From: an uncultured bacterium
GTDB taxonomy: Bacteria > Patescibacteriota > Minisyncoccia > Phycocordibacterales > UBA9973
NCBI GenBank assembly: GCA_903894565.1
Contig: CAITQP010000009.1
Coordinates: forward strand, 8,576 to 72,575
DNA length: 64,000 nt
Direction: 5' to 3'
Below the pieces are notes generated by a model. That model was given only the letters and a program-made list of their open reading frames with translations. It ran no database searches and had not been told where the DNA came from. Both the position numbers and the translations under genes were made by a program. Of the stretch, positions 27,801-37,458 are shown one piece after another. Every line of letters begins with the position of its first letter. Position 1 is the first letter of the stretch.

Positions 27801-29973
27801 ACACCTTGAATTTGCTCGACAAGTAGCCTTTTGAAACTGTGGCAGGCATGTCGGTGACCGCTGTTTGGTAGGTGCCGTCGGGCATTTTGCGATCAATGCG
27901 AATCTTGTAGTCGGCGTTTGGAAGGAGTGCGTAGTATCTTCCTTGCGCGTCGGCGATACGGTGCATGACTTCAACACCCGTTGAAACAGATGCTATACGA
28001 ATAAGCGCAAATGAAAGTGGTAAACCTGTTTTCGCATCCGTAATATCTCCATATGGTCGTGAATGTTTGCCGTATTGTCGGAGGAAGAAAAGTCCAACAT
28101 ACAAAACAAGCACAATAATGTTATATGGCTTCGGCGCAAAGACTGTTGCGAGCATTGCGATAACAAATCCCGTGCCGAAAAGCACGTCAGATACTCGACG
28201 AAAGATTTTGCCGCGACGGGAATAGAACTTCATGAGGTTCTGCTGATTTTTTGCAAATTCATTCCAATCGAAATTCATTGGATCCATTGGAATATTTTTG
28301 ATCACAACATCCCCCGCGTTCTCAACAGTGAAGTGTTCACCGAAATACAAGTCACGGTAGAGTTCGTCATGGTCACGTCCGACGAGCTGTTGTGATGGGA
28401 AAAGATAATTCGTTTTTTGAGCAAAGATTGAGTACACACCTGGCTTTGGCACAACGAATCCGAATCGTCCATCAAGGTCGGTCAAATTGGAAACAACATC
28501 TTCTCCTTCAATAGTTCGAAGTGTTACATATGCAGGATCAAGTGGTTGCTTTGTAATACTGTCATAGACAGTACCCCACGGCTGATGACGTTTGCGCAAA
28601 CCAAGTGCGGCAAGAAGAAGCGACCACAAACGAGCTGGGATCAAGAAAATTTCAGAGAATGAAAGTGGATTCAAAAAGAGTGCCGTGAAAATTGAGGTGG
28701 CAGCACTTGCGACTACTCCGACTGTCGCTACAACAGCTTCGGCTTTTGTCGCAGTACCTGTTCCGAGAATTGCTTTTATTTTTTTGTACGTCGTGCCAAC
28801 CGTCTGCGTCGTATTACAGTAACTATTTTTTACTTGCCCAATAACTTCTCCGACGATGTCAGTTGCAGTAGAAATCGGACAACCACCACCACTTCCAGTT
28901 GTTGTCGTCGTATGAACAATTGCGTAGACACACGTTCCTGATTGACGAAAATTGCTTGCCGTTGGGTCGGTACACTGTGTGCTTGCATAGGTGCAAGGAA
29001 AAGCGCCGAGATAATTGCTCGCGGTTGCATCAAGACACAGTGGTGGTGGTGCATAGGTACACGCACCAGTCGCTCCATAGTTTGTAGCTGCTGTATCAGT
29101 ACACGTTGTTGCGTACGAACACGGCAATGCTCCGCCATAGTTTGTAGCTGAACGATCCCGACACAATAATGCATACGTACAAGCACCCGAAGCACCGTAG
29201 TTTGTCGCCGTTGTATCAGTACAAATACGCGGATAGACACATGATCCAATTGCGCCATAATTTGTTGCAGTTGTATCAGTACACGTCAGAGTATAGGTAC
29301 ATGGTAATGATCCACCAAAATTCGTCGCCGTTCGGTCCTGACACAATAATGCGTAAGTACAAATACCAGCCGAACCATAATTGGTAGCGGTCGTGTCGGT
29401 ACAGAGTGTTGGATACACACACGGCAATGATCCTCCGTAGTTGAGCGCAGTTCGATCGAGACAAATGAGTGGAGGAGGCGGAGTTGTGTGTGTCGTGACA
29501 ACAACAGTTGGGCGCCAATCAGTCTTCACACAGGCGTCAGTCTTCGTACAATCAAACAGCATCCAACCTCCACCGGACACCCATGCATATCCAGAAAATT
29601 CTCCAGTGCTTGGGTTGATTGTGACTCCTCCGTGCGTAGGGTTGAAGTTCACCCAACTCGCGGTCGAGCCCCACGCATCTCCCGTAACTGTACCGCTCGT
29701 TGTGTTGTGCACTCCCCCGCTTACTGGCGCAAGATTAATCCAACCCAATTTGTTTGACCAGATATATCCGAAAAGCGTGGTGTCACTCACCGAAACTCCT
29801 CCACCATTTGTAGGTTTCCAATTGACGATTGAATACGCCGAGCAGTCTTCATTCGAACACAATCGAGCCGTGTGACTCGTCGCGTCTATTCCTCCCGTCG
29901 AAGCAAAAAGTGCGACCGGAATGAGAAATCCGATAACACTCGCAATCAGAATGAAAAGACGTGAGAGACGCAT
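27799..29973 (-). CDS. large membrane-anchored surface protein: GY(A/I)W/GW repeats, Cys-rich tandem repeats, C-terminal carboxypeptidase-regulatory-like domains
   Basis: Signal peptide; GYIWSNKLGWI / GYAWVSGGGW; nine CxDxxAxNY...CxY units; WGTVYDSITKQPLDPAYV, TDLDGRFGF. Confidence 0.85.
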   Translation of the reverse strand: MRLSRLFILIASVIGFLIPVALFASTGGIDATSHTARLCSNEDCSAYSIVNWKPTNGGGVSVSDTTLFGYIWSNKLGWINLAPVSGGVHNTTSGTVTGDAWGSTASWVNFNPTHGGVTINPSTGEFSGYAWVSGGGWMLFDCTKTDACVKTDWRPTVVVTTHTTPPPPLICLDRTALNYGGSLPCVYPTLCTDTTATNYGSAGICTYALLCQDRTATNFGGSLPCTYTLTCTDTTATNYGAIGSCVYPRICTDTTATNYGASGACTYALLCRDRSATNYGGALPCSYATTCTDTAATNYGATGACTYAPPPLCLDATASNYLGAFPCTYASTQCTDPTASNFRQSGTCVYAIVHTTTTTGSGGGCPISTATDIVGEVIGQVKNSYCNTTQTVGTTYKKIKAILGTGTATKAEAVVATVGVVASAATSIFTALFLNPLSFSEIFLIPARLWSLLLAALGLRKRHQPWGTVYDSITKQPLDPAYVTLRTIEGEDVVSNLTDLDGRFGFVVPKPGVYSIFAQKTNYLFPSQQLVGRDHDELYRDLYFGEHFTVENAGDVVIKNIPMDPMNFDWNEFAKNQQNLMKFYSRRGKIFRRVSDVLFGTGFVIAMLATVFAPKPYNIIVLVLYVGLFFLRQYGKHSRPYGDITDAKTGLPLSFALIRIASVSTGVEVMHRIADAQGRYYALLPNADYKIRIDRKMPDGTYQTAVTDMPATVSKGYLSSKFKV
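28924..29463 (-). repeat. nine ~60-bp coding tandem repeats (CTDTTATNYG...CTY)
   Basis: Read directly from the translation. Confidence 0.9.
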
Positions 29974-29982
29974 GATGTAAGT

Positions 29983-30618
29983 TTAGAAACCAAGTGACGT
30001 GCCCGTGATGAGCGTGAACAGTTTGCCAACGACAGGAAAAATGAGTGGCCAAAGATAAAACAAAAAGAGGATGAGAAGCGGAAGTGAAAGGTATTCGACC
30101 GTCGCCTGAAATTTCATCGTACTTCGAGGAAAGAGAGAGAAGAGAATTTTGGATCCATCAAGCGGTGGAATCGGAATGAGGTTAAAGAGCGCGAGCAACA
30201 AATTTACAATTACGATCACTCCCGCGATGTCGGTGAATGCTTGTGCTGAACTTCCGAGCACGAGCGGGGCAACGCGAATCAAAAGACCAAACAAAACAGC
30301 AAGCGAGAGGTTCACAAGAATACCGGCAGAAGCGACAATGGCAGTACCCCAACGTTTGTTACGCAGATTGCGTTCGTTGTATGGCACGGGCTTGGCCCAC
30401 CCGATCACAAATCCCGCATGAAAGAGCACGAGGAGAAGCGGGAGGATAACCGAACCGACCATGTCGAGATGACGCAGTGGGTTCATCGTAAGCCGTCCGG
30501 CATAGCGAGCAGTCGGGTCGCCCTGACTCTCGGCGGCGAAACCGTGTGCCACTTCGTGGACAACAACGGACATGATGAGAACGACGATATAGAAGATGGA
30601 TCCGAGAAAGCCTTGCAT
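29983..30618 (-). CDS. site-2 protease (M50 family)
   Basis: HEVAHG, GRLTMNPLRHLD, GWAKPVP, FNLIPIPPLDGSK; start at ATG 30618. Confidence 0.93.
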   Translation of the reverse strand: MQGFLGSIFYIVVLIMSVVVHEVAHGFAAESQGDPTARYAGRLTMNPLRHLDMVGSVILPLLLVLFHAGFVIGWAKPVPYNERNLRNKRWGTAIVASAGILVNLSLAVLFGLLIRVAPLVLGSSAQAFTDIAGVIVIVNLLLALFNLIPIPPLDGSKILFSLFPRSTMKFQATVEYLSLPLLILFLFYLWPLIFPVVGKLFTLITGTSLGF

Positions 30619-30658
30619 AGAATGTATCTCTATGATAGCATGCACTTCGCAAATCCCT

Positions 30659-30904
30659 ATGGCAAAAGTATGCGCAATAACTAAAAAAGGTTCGATCGTT
30701 GCAGGTGGCTATTCTAACCGCACCCGTGCTACGAAGTTCAACCCAACCGGCATGGTTCGTAAGTATCCGAACATGCAGAAGAAGCGAGTCTATGTTCCGG
30801 AGCTCAAGAAGACTTTCGTCATTGACGTCAGTACTCGTGGTATCCGCACAATCACCAAACTTGGTGCATATGCTGCGCTCAAAAAGGCTGGAATCATTAA
30901 GTAA
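30659..30904 (+). CDS. rpmB: 50S ribosomal protein L28
   Basis: MAKVCAITKK, RKYPNMQKKR, VSTRGIRTITK. Confidence 0.9.
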   Translation: MAKVCAITKKGSIVAGGYSNRTRATKFNPTGMVRKYPNMQKKRVYVPELKKTFVIDVSTRGIRTITKLGAYAALKKAGIIK

Positions 30905-30918
30905 CTAATGGTATCTCG

Positions 30919-30947
30919 CAAAAACCGCCCCAACGGGGCGGTTTTTG
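30919..30947. terminator. bidirectional terminator
   Basis: CAAAAACCGCCCC-AAC-GGGGCGGTTTTTG. Confidence 0.75.
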
Positions 30948-30953
30948 TTGTTT

Positions 30954-31808
30954 CTATTCATTTTCCCCTTCACGGAGAAACGTGTGCCCGTCAGAAGTAA
31001 CAATGATTGTGCCGAGCTCATCGGTCCGCAGGATTGTGGCGCCATGGCGCTTGAGAGTGGTGAGGGTTTCGGATTTGGGGAGGCCGTATTTGTTGTTGCG
31101 ACCGGCGGAGATTACTGCCATGGTCGGCGCGACAGCGCCGACGAATGCGTCACTCGAGCTCGTCGTGGAACCATGATGCCCAACTTTCAAAATGGTGCTC
31201 GCTAATTCGTCTGCTCCATTTTCGGCGAGCACTATCCCCTCCGTCTTTTTTGTAGCATCACCCGTGAACATTATTTTTGTGGCCCCATACGCGAGAATGC
31301 CCATGATCGACCCATCATTCGTTGTCCACGTCGAGACATCGCGGTCAGGAAAGAGCACGGTGAATGTAACACCTGCATCAGGGTCGAGAGTGATCGTCAT
31401 CCCCTTTCGCGCCATGACCTCAGGAATATTTTGCTCGGCGATTTCTTTTTGAAATTGTGCATGTGTTGGCGTATGCGTCACCGTCCCCGGTTCAATCACA
31501 GCACCAACGTCATAATCACGGAGTAAGTCTATAAATCCAGCATAGTGATCGGCATCAGGATTCGTAACCATAATCACATTGATCGAGCGGTCGAGATATG
31601 GCATGACAGCAGAGAGCGGACTCTCGAGCGAACCTTCTGGACCTCCGTCAATAATCATCTGCGCACTATTCGGAGCTTCGATATATATCGCATCGCCTTG
31701 GCCGATATCGAGAAAGGCCACCCGCATAACATTTTGCGCTTGTGTGGTAAAGGGAAAAACAAGCGACACAATCGCCGGGATGAGCAAAAAGAACGTTCGG
31801 ATTTTCAT
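30954..31808 (-). CDS. ComEC/Rec2-type metallo-beta-lactamase domain protein
   Basis: FLDIGQGDA, IDGG, TNPDADHYAG, FTGDA, LKVGHHGS, ISAG...YGLP, LRTDELG. Confidence 0.92.
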   Translation of the reverse strand: MKIRTFFLLIPAIVSLVFPFTTQAQNVMRVAFLDIGQGDAIYIEAPNSAQMIIDGGPEGSLESPLSAVMPYLDRSINVIMVTNPDADHYAGFIDLLRDYDVGAVIEPGTVTHTPTHAQFQKEIAEQNIPEVMARKGMTITLDPDAGVTFTVLFPDRDVSTWTTNDGSIMGILAYGATKIMFTGDATKKTEGIVLAENGADELASTILKVGHHGSTTSSSDAFVGAVAPTMAVISAGRNNKYGLPKSETLTTLKRHGATILRTDELGTIIVTSDGHTFLREGENE

Positions 31809-31858
31809 ACCAAAAAGAGTATACTAGTCTCGTCGTCAAGAAATAGTAAAGAAAAAAT

Positions 31859-32446
31859 ATGGATTACTTCACAGCAAAAACATTCGCTCTTCCCGAGCTC
31901 AAAGGAATCTCAGCCAAGAACGTCGAAGAGCATCTCAAGCTCTACGCTGGCTACGTAAAATTTTCGAATTATATCCAAAACCAAATTCGAGAATTGAGTA
32001 AAGATGCCGAAAAGAATTCGTATGAGATCGCCGAACTCCAGCGTCGCTTCGCCTTCGAACACGATGGAATGAAGAATCACGAGATCTATTTCTCACAATT
32101 TGAAGGTGGTCCTGCCTCACTCATGAGTAGTGGTGCGCTCGCTCAGCAAATCGAAAAAGATTTCGGTAGCTTCGATGCATTCCTCGCTCGATTGAAAGCG
32201 CTCGCAATGACACGCGGAGTCGGATGGGCAATGCTTTACTACTGCAGTGAATCAGGACACTTGCTCACGCAGTGGGTAGACGAGCAACACATGGGTCACC
32301 TTTCGGGACCAAAACTCATTCTCGCCATCGACATGTGGGAACACTCATATGTCTATGATTATCCGACGAGCGAAAAGAAAAAATACGTTGAGGCTTTTTT
32401 TGAGAATTTGAATTGGGGTAAAGTTGAAGAGCGATTCAGTAAATAA
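31859..32446 (+). CDS. Fe/Mn superoxide dismutase
   Basis: EHLKLYAGYV, HEIYF, RGVGWA, IDMWEHSYVYDY. Confidence 0.9.
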   Translation: MDYFTAKTFALPELKGISAKNVEEHLKLYAGYVKFSNYIQNQIRELSKDAEKNSYEIAELQRRFAFEHDGMKNHEIYFSQFEGGPASLMSSGALAQQIEKDFGSFDAFLARLKALAMTRGVGWAMLYYCSESGHLLTQWVDEQHMGHLSGPKLILAIDMWEHSYVYDYPTSEKKKYVEAFFENLNWGKVEERFSK

Positions 32447-32450
32447 GGTT

Positions 32451-32565
32451 AGTAAAATTAAAAAACTCTTTTGAAAAGGCAACTCGTCGCGCGTGCTCGC
32501 GCGCGAGCTTCTCGGCGCCAAGCGCCTGCGAAAGGCCTTCTTCAAAAGAGTTTTTTAATTTTGCT
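32451..32565. mobile_element. hairpin element family A, copy 2
   Basis: 25-bp arms with 1 mismatch; the right arm includes the comEC stop codon; core identical to copy 1. Confidence 0.85.
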
Positions 32566-34057
32566 CCACTTTTTCACTGTTCCATTTTCGATACAGCCAA
32601 TATATTAAACACACATATATAAATAAGCATAGCCATAGTGGAAAATGTTTAATGACAACTGAGGCGAATGGAACACGCGCGAAGAATTGTACGGCTCCTG
32701 TGATGTAGCTGAGGAGATAGTGTGTGATGAGCGAGGCGGGATATGCGAGTCCTAGACTGAATGCTCCGATGAGTCCCGCAAGTGCGCCGAAGCCCATGGC
32801 GAGTGGTACGGCAGGCAGGATTGCTACGTTTGCAGGAAGTGCGATGAGTGAGAGCGTGCCCATTTTGTAGAGGATGAACGGCAAGACTCCCGTTTGTGCG
32901 CCGAGGGTCACTGACATTAATTCGCGCAGTGGAATAATGTATGCGACTTTTTTGGGAACACGCGCGAATGCACGCTCGAGCACCGGAGTGACAAAGAGGA
33001 TACCGAGCGTAGCGAGGTATGAGAGTTGGAATGATACGTCGTAAACGAGATATTTTGGATCGTAGAGAATCATCAAAAATCCGGCGACGATGAGCGCGCG
33101 AAATGCATCGTACGTGCGACCCTTGGTCCGTGCAAAAAGTCCAATGAGTGCCATGATGCCCGCACGGATTGCCGATGATTGCATGCCTGTCATTACGACA
33201 AAGAGCACGATACAGAGCGCCCCACTCGCCGAAGCGACGCGCATAGAGAGACCAAGAATATCGACGAAAAAACTTTGCAGTGCGTTTGCGACAACTGTCA
33301 CGTTGTATCCCGAAAGTGCAATCATGTGAATCGTGCCAGTCGTGACGAGGTCGTCGCGAAATTGTGGATCAATGTTTGCTTTGACTCCGAGATTGAGACC
33401 GGCGAGAAGATCGGCTTGTGGTGCAGGCAAAATACGATGAAACGATTTTACAATTACATTTTTTACGGGAATCAAATGAGCGACAACCCAATTGCCATGA
33501 TTATGTTCGAGCACAGTCGCGCTCGCATTTTTGATTTGATACACAATGTTATTTTTATACAAATATGAAATGTAATCGAATTCAGTACCTTGATCGGTCA
33601 TGAAATTCTCGGGACGTGCGAGTGTGCCGTGCACAAGCACAGTATCGCCGTACGCGAGATTCATATTTGATTTCGTGCGAACAGAAAAACTGAGGCCGGG
33701 TGTTTCGAGCGTAAAACTATCTCCATATGATTTTGCCGACGGTTCGTCGACGATGAGTCCCTCGACCGTAACGCTTGTGCCGATATTATTTTCAAAATCT
33801 TTTGTATTTGGTTTAGCGATTTCTGCACGATATGCCCCGAGCACAAATGCACAGATGAAGAGACTCGCGAAGAGTGTGTATGATCTCGCCCTCTGGATGA
33901 AAGTGGCGATGATGAGGAGGCAAACGCCGACCGCCCCCGCGACGATAGTCGCGGGGGCGGTCATATGAGAAAGCGAAGCAAAAATAATTCCGGTGGCAAA
34001 GCCTACAATACCAGAAGCCAAATATACATCTATGTTTTGTGAGCGAGCGTGCTCCAT
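32555..34057 (-). CDS. comEC: ComEC/Rec2 competence membrane protein
   Basis: GTIHMIALSGYNV, SAIRAGIM, DVSFQLSYLATLG. Confidence 0.93.
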   Translation of the reverse strand: MEHARSQNIDVYLASGIVGFATGIIFASLSHMTAPATIVAGAVGVCLLIIATFIQRARSYTLFASLFICAFVLGAYRAEIAKPNTKDFENNIGTSVTVEGLIVDEPSAKSYGDSFTLETPGLSFSVRTKSNMNLAYGDTVLVHGTLARPENFMTDQGTEFDYISYLYKNNIVYQIKNASATVLEHNHGNWVVAHLIPVKNVIVKSFHRILPAPQADLLAGLNLGVKANIDPQFRDDLVTTGTIHMIALSGYNVTVVANALQSFFVDILGLSMRVASASGALCIVLFVVMTGMQSSAIRAGIMALIGLFARTKGRTYDAFRALIVAGFLMILYDPKYLVYDVSFQLSYLATLGILFVTPVLERAFARVPKKVAYIIPLRELMSVTLGAQTGVLPFILYKMGTLSLIALPANVAILPAVPLAMGFGALAGLIGAFSLGLAYPASLITHYLLSYITGAVQFFARVPFASVVIKHFPLWLCLFIYVCLIYWLYRKWNSEKVEQN

Positions 34058-34788
34058 TCGTGTTTCAAAGAATCTTCTTCTTGCTTACTAAATACTTTTT
34101 TGAACTTCGTTGCCTTCTTCCCTTTCACTCGTCGTTCACATTCTGCCCATGTCTTGTGTGTTTCAATCTTACCATCAAGCAGTGAGACATAGGAATACGC
34201 TGGTGCAGCTGAACTTGATTTTTTCTTGGCTTTTTTTTGCACAATTTTTTCGTCACTCGTGCCAGAAAATACAGAACCGCCAATGAGCTGTTCATATTGA
34301 TCGAGCGGACCAACGTAGAGAAGCTGTTGTGTCTTGTCGGCGCAATTGGTCGCAATGAGGTCGGCGCGCTCGTTGCCGAGGAGTCCGATGTGCCCGCCGA
34401 CTTTGTTCCACATGAGCGCATGCTTCATCTTCAGTCGCGTAACGAGCGCGCCGAGTTCTCGCCACAAATCCTGATTGAGCACGTCGTCCCCCGTTTTTGT
34501 TTTCCAGCCATTTTTCTCCCAGCCAAATACCCACCCCGTAATCCCTTGCAAAAGATATGCCGAGTCAGTATTCACCTCAATATCCCCCACGAGTTTGCGT
34601 GATTCCACATGCGCGAGCGCACCAAGCGCCGCAGCAATCTCCACGCGATTGTTCGTCGTGTGGTCTTCTCGTCCGCCGAGCTCGTACACTTTGCCGGAGG
34701 CATCAATCACTACCGCACCCCATCCCCCCGGCCCTGGATTGCCCCGCGAAGATCCGTCTGTAAATATCGTAATCGTGTTTTCTTTCAT
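34030..34788 (-). CDS. rnhA: ribonuclease HI with C-terminal hybrid-binding-like domain
   Basis: FTDGSSRGNPGPGGWG, TTNNRVE, TDSAY, W...GWKT, NQDLW, GNERAD; C-terminal HKTWAECERRVKG. Confidence 0.92.
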   Translation of the reverse strand: MKENTITIFTDGSSRGNPGPGGWGAVVIDASGKVYELGGREDHTTNNRVEIAAALGALAHVESRKLVGDIEVNTDSAYLLQGITGWVFGWEKNGWKTKTGDDVLNQDLWRELGALVTRLKMKHALMWNKVGGHIGLLGNERADLIATNCADKTQQLLYVGPLDQYEQLIGGSVFSGTSDEKIVQKKAKKKSSSAAPAYSYVSLLDGKIETHKTWAECERRVKGKKATKFKKVFSKQEEDSLKHEWSTLAHKT

Positions 34789-34816
34789 GAGCAATTATTG
34801 TATCAAATACTTATTT

Positions 34817-36559
34817 CTATCGCACATCGACAATCCGCAAACGGATGGTGGTACGCCCAGCGAAGTAAGATTTTTCTATTGTCGCAATGAGGTCGATGAT
34901 ATCCCCTTCGCGGACGGCTCGTGTAAATGTGTCGCCATCGGCGAAGAAGGCCATGGCGGTGCGCTCGACCTGCATGTCGTCGGCGACGATGAGTTCGAGG
35001 TGATTTTTTTCTTTGCCGAATTGTTTAGTTTTGCGAACGGAGACGCGCGGAAAGAGAAAGAGTGGTTTTGGATTGCCGAGACCAAATGGTGAGAGACCGG
35101 CGAGCATTGTCGCTGTGTTATCGTTGACCTCAGAAAGTGAGAGTACGGCATCGATCTGCGGACCAGTCGTGTTTGATTTCCCGTCGCTTGTTGCGCTATC
35201 TCGCTTTTGGCTTTCATACAGCCCACACAACATATCTTCGAGTGTGTGCACGGTATCTTCAGTCACGGAAAATCCACCGGCGAGTTCGTGTCCACCGAAA
35301 TCCAAAAAATGTTCGCGTCCAGCCGTCATGAGCTCGACGATATTGACCGCACCATTTGATCGGCAGGAACCTTTGACGACCGGTGTGCCACCTTCGGCAA
35401 TCGGGCTCCCCTGTCTGCCCCAGACGAAGACGGGTCTGTCCCATTCTTCCATGATTTTTCCTGCGACGATACCGAGAATACCAACACGCCAATCGGGATT
35501 GCCGATGACGATGATCGGGCCGAGCTCACGCTCGGCCAATTTCGCCTTCACGTCTTTCATGATATGCGCGACAAGACTTTTGCGTTCATCATTAATCTTC
35601 GTGAGATGATCCGCCACCATGCCCGCCTGCACGCTATCGCGCACGGAGAGCAATTCAAATGCGCGCATCGGTGAATCCATACGACTCGCCGCGTTTAAGC
35701 GTGGCGTGACCATAAAGGTGATATCGTCTTCGCTAATCGTGCGCTGATCGATATTGAGTTTGCGCAAAAGTTGCATGATGCCCGGACGCGGAGATTTCTG
35801 AAAGACCTGCATGCCAAAGCGTGCGATGATTCTATTCTCGCCAGTAAGTGGCACCATATCTGAGAGTGTGGCGAGACCAGCCATGTCGAGAAGCCATTTT
35901 TCCCAGCCGGGGGTGATGGAAAGCGAGCTCGCGTAGCGAGCGAGATATGCTTGAACGAGTTTGAACACGACGCCCGAACCACAGAGCATCGGGTCAGGAT
36001 ATGTGCCGCCAACTTTTGGATTCACAACGGCGAATGCTTCTGGCAATGTCTCATGCGGAATATGGTGATCCGTCACAATCACATCCACACCTTTTGATTG
36101 AGCAAATGCGATATCTTCATGATTACTCGTGCCGAGGTCGATCGTGATTATGAGCTTTGCCCCATTCTCAACAAATTGTTCCACGGCTTTTCGATTGAGC
36201 CCGTACCCCTCAAGGTGACGATCGGGGATATATACAGACATATTTTTGTATCCAATTTTTTCAAAAAAATCGTACGCAATGACCGCCCCTGGAATACCAT
36301 CACAATCGTAGTCAGCATAAATGACGATCGTCTCGTTCTTTTCAATTGCTTGGTGAATACGCACAATAGCCTTCTCCATGTCATGCATGAGAAACGGATC
36401 ATTCATATGTCCGTCGTAACTTGGTTTCAAAAATCGCTCAGCCATCTCGGGCGTCGTGTATCCACGATTAACGAGCAGCCGTGTGAGGAGCGGACTATAT
36501 CCAACAAGGCTGTGTTCCTCATCTCGGATTTGGCGGGCGTCGATAAAAGTCCTTTGCAT
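34817..36559 (-). CDS. recJ: single-stranded-DNA exonuclease RecJ
   Basis: DYDCDG, EGYGL, TDHH, DMVPL, PRLNAASR, GSCRS, GGHELAGG, PFGLGNPKP. Confidence 0.97.
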   Translation of the reverse strand: MQRTFIDARQIRDEEHSLVGYSPLLTRLLVNRGYTTPEMAERFLKPSYDGHMNDPFLMHDMEKAIVRIHQAIEKNETIVIYADYDCDGIPGAVIAYDFFEKIGYKNMSVYIPDRHLEGYGLNRKAVEQFVENGAKLIITIDLGTSNHEDIAFAQSKGVDVIVTDHHIPHETLPEAFAVVNPKVGGTYPDPMLCGSGVVFKLVQAYLARYASSLSITPGWEKWLLDMAGLATLSDMVPLTGENRIIARFGMQVFQKSPRPGIMQLLRKLNIDQRTISEDDITFMVTPRLNAASRMDSPMRAFELLSVRDSVQAGMVADHLTKINDERKSLVAHIMKDVKAKLAERELGPIIVIGNPDWRVGILGIVAGKIMEEWDRPVFVWGRQGSPIAEGGTPVVKGSCRSNGAVNIVELMTAGREHFLDFGGHELAGGFSVTEDTVHTLEDMLCGLYESQKRDSATSDGKSNTTGPQIDAVLSLSEVNDNTATMLAGLSPFGLGNPKPLFLFPRVSVRKTKQFGKEKNHLELIVADDMQVERTAMAFFADGDTFTRAVREGDIIDLIATIEKSYFAGRTTIRLRIVDVR

Positions 36560-36604
36560 CGGGGTATTCTATCACGCCTCCCGCATATGCTAGACTATTC
36601 CCAT

Positions 36605-37018
36605 ATGAAAGACACAAACTGCCTCTTTTGCAAGATCGTCGCGGGAGAAATCCCGTGTGAGAAAATCTATGAGGATGCCGATACCCTCGCCTTCCTCGAC
36701 ATCATGCCCGTAAACCCAGGGCACACACTCATCATTCCGAAGGAGCACTACATGAATGTGTTTGAAGCTCCAGCAGATGTGTGGGCCAAAGTTATGGATA
36801 CCGTCAAGAAAGTCGCTCATGGCATTCAAGCAGGTATTCCCTCACCCGATCTGAATATCGCAATGAACAATGGCAAGCTTGCCGGACAAGTCGTCTTTCA
36901 CGCGCACGTCCACGTCATGCCTCGACATGAAGGTGATGGATATGAATTGTGGCACGGTAAAAAATATGCCGAGGGTGAAGCCCCACACATTGCGGACAAA
37001 ATAAAAAACGCCCTCTAG
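36605..37018 (+). CDS. HIT family hydrolase
   Basis: CLFCKI, AFLDIMPVNPGHTLIIPK, GQVVFHAHVHVMPR; start at ATG 36605. Confidence 0.95.
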   Translation: MKDTNCLFCKIVAGEIPCEKIYEDADTLAFLDIMPVNPGHTLIIPKEHYMNVFEAPADVWAKVMDTVKKVAHGIQAGIPSPDLNIAMNNGKLAGQVVFHAHVHVMPRHEGDGYELWHGKKYAEGEAPHIADKIKNAL

Positions 37019-37126
37019 TTTTTGGTTTCGCGTAGTTGTAAAAAGGTCTCTGGTTAGACTCTTTTTTGACCTTTAGTAACAATATGTTATTGTGCTAATA
37101 ATAATTACATTTTAAATAACCTCCAT

Positions 37127-37411
37127 ATGCGAATTGAAGATCTAATCGGCGAGTATGAAAGAACCTGTGGTATGATTTCTAATCAAATAGAAAACCACAA
37201 GCTGGTCTTAGCCCACGCAAGTGCATTTACTGCTGTCATTACCGCAGCATGCGAAGAAATTGGTGTTACCTACCCAAGCGGTTTTGATAAAACAGAAATG
37301 AGAACTGTATTGAAAAAATTACAGGATTGTTCTGTATTTACTTCAACAAAGACCGAGACAGCGTTTGGTGACTACCTGTATTTTACAAGACAGGATATTA
37401 CTCATCAATGA
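37127..37411 (+). CDS. hypothetical protein
   Basis: 94-aa ORF followed by terminator AATAAAAATGGCACAA...TTGTGCCATTTTTATT. Confidence 0.55.
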   Translation: MRIEDLIGEYERTCGMISNQIENHKLVLAHASAFTAVITAACEEIGVTYPSGFDKTEMRTVLKKLQDCSVFTSTKTETAFGDYLYFTRQDITHQ

Positions 37412-37458
37412 TGAGTAATAAAAATGGCACAACAATTGTGCCATTTTTATTACCTATT

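Noticed and set aside
28924-29463. 60-bp periodic repeats as a CRISPR array or DGR template/variable repeat
   Set aside because: They are in-frame protein repeats, differences are not adenine-specific, and no reverse transcriptase is present.
32345-32545. Shared peptide KKAFRRRLAPRSS in ORFs at 11371, 32345 and 50897 as a protein family
   Set aside because: These are alternative-frame translations of the family A element core, not independent genes.
36098-36604. Long N-terminal extension of the HIT ORF
   Set aside because: Antisense to recJ; the HIT fold starts at ATG 36605 right after a -10 box.
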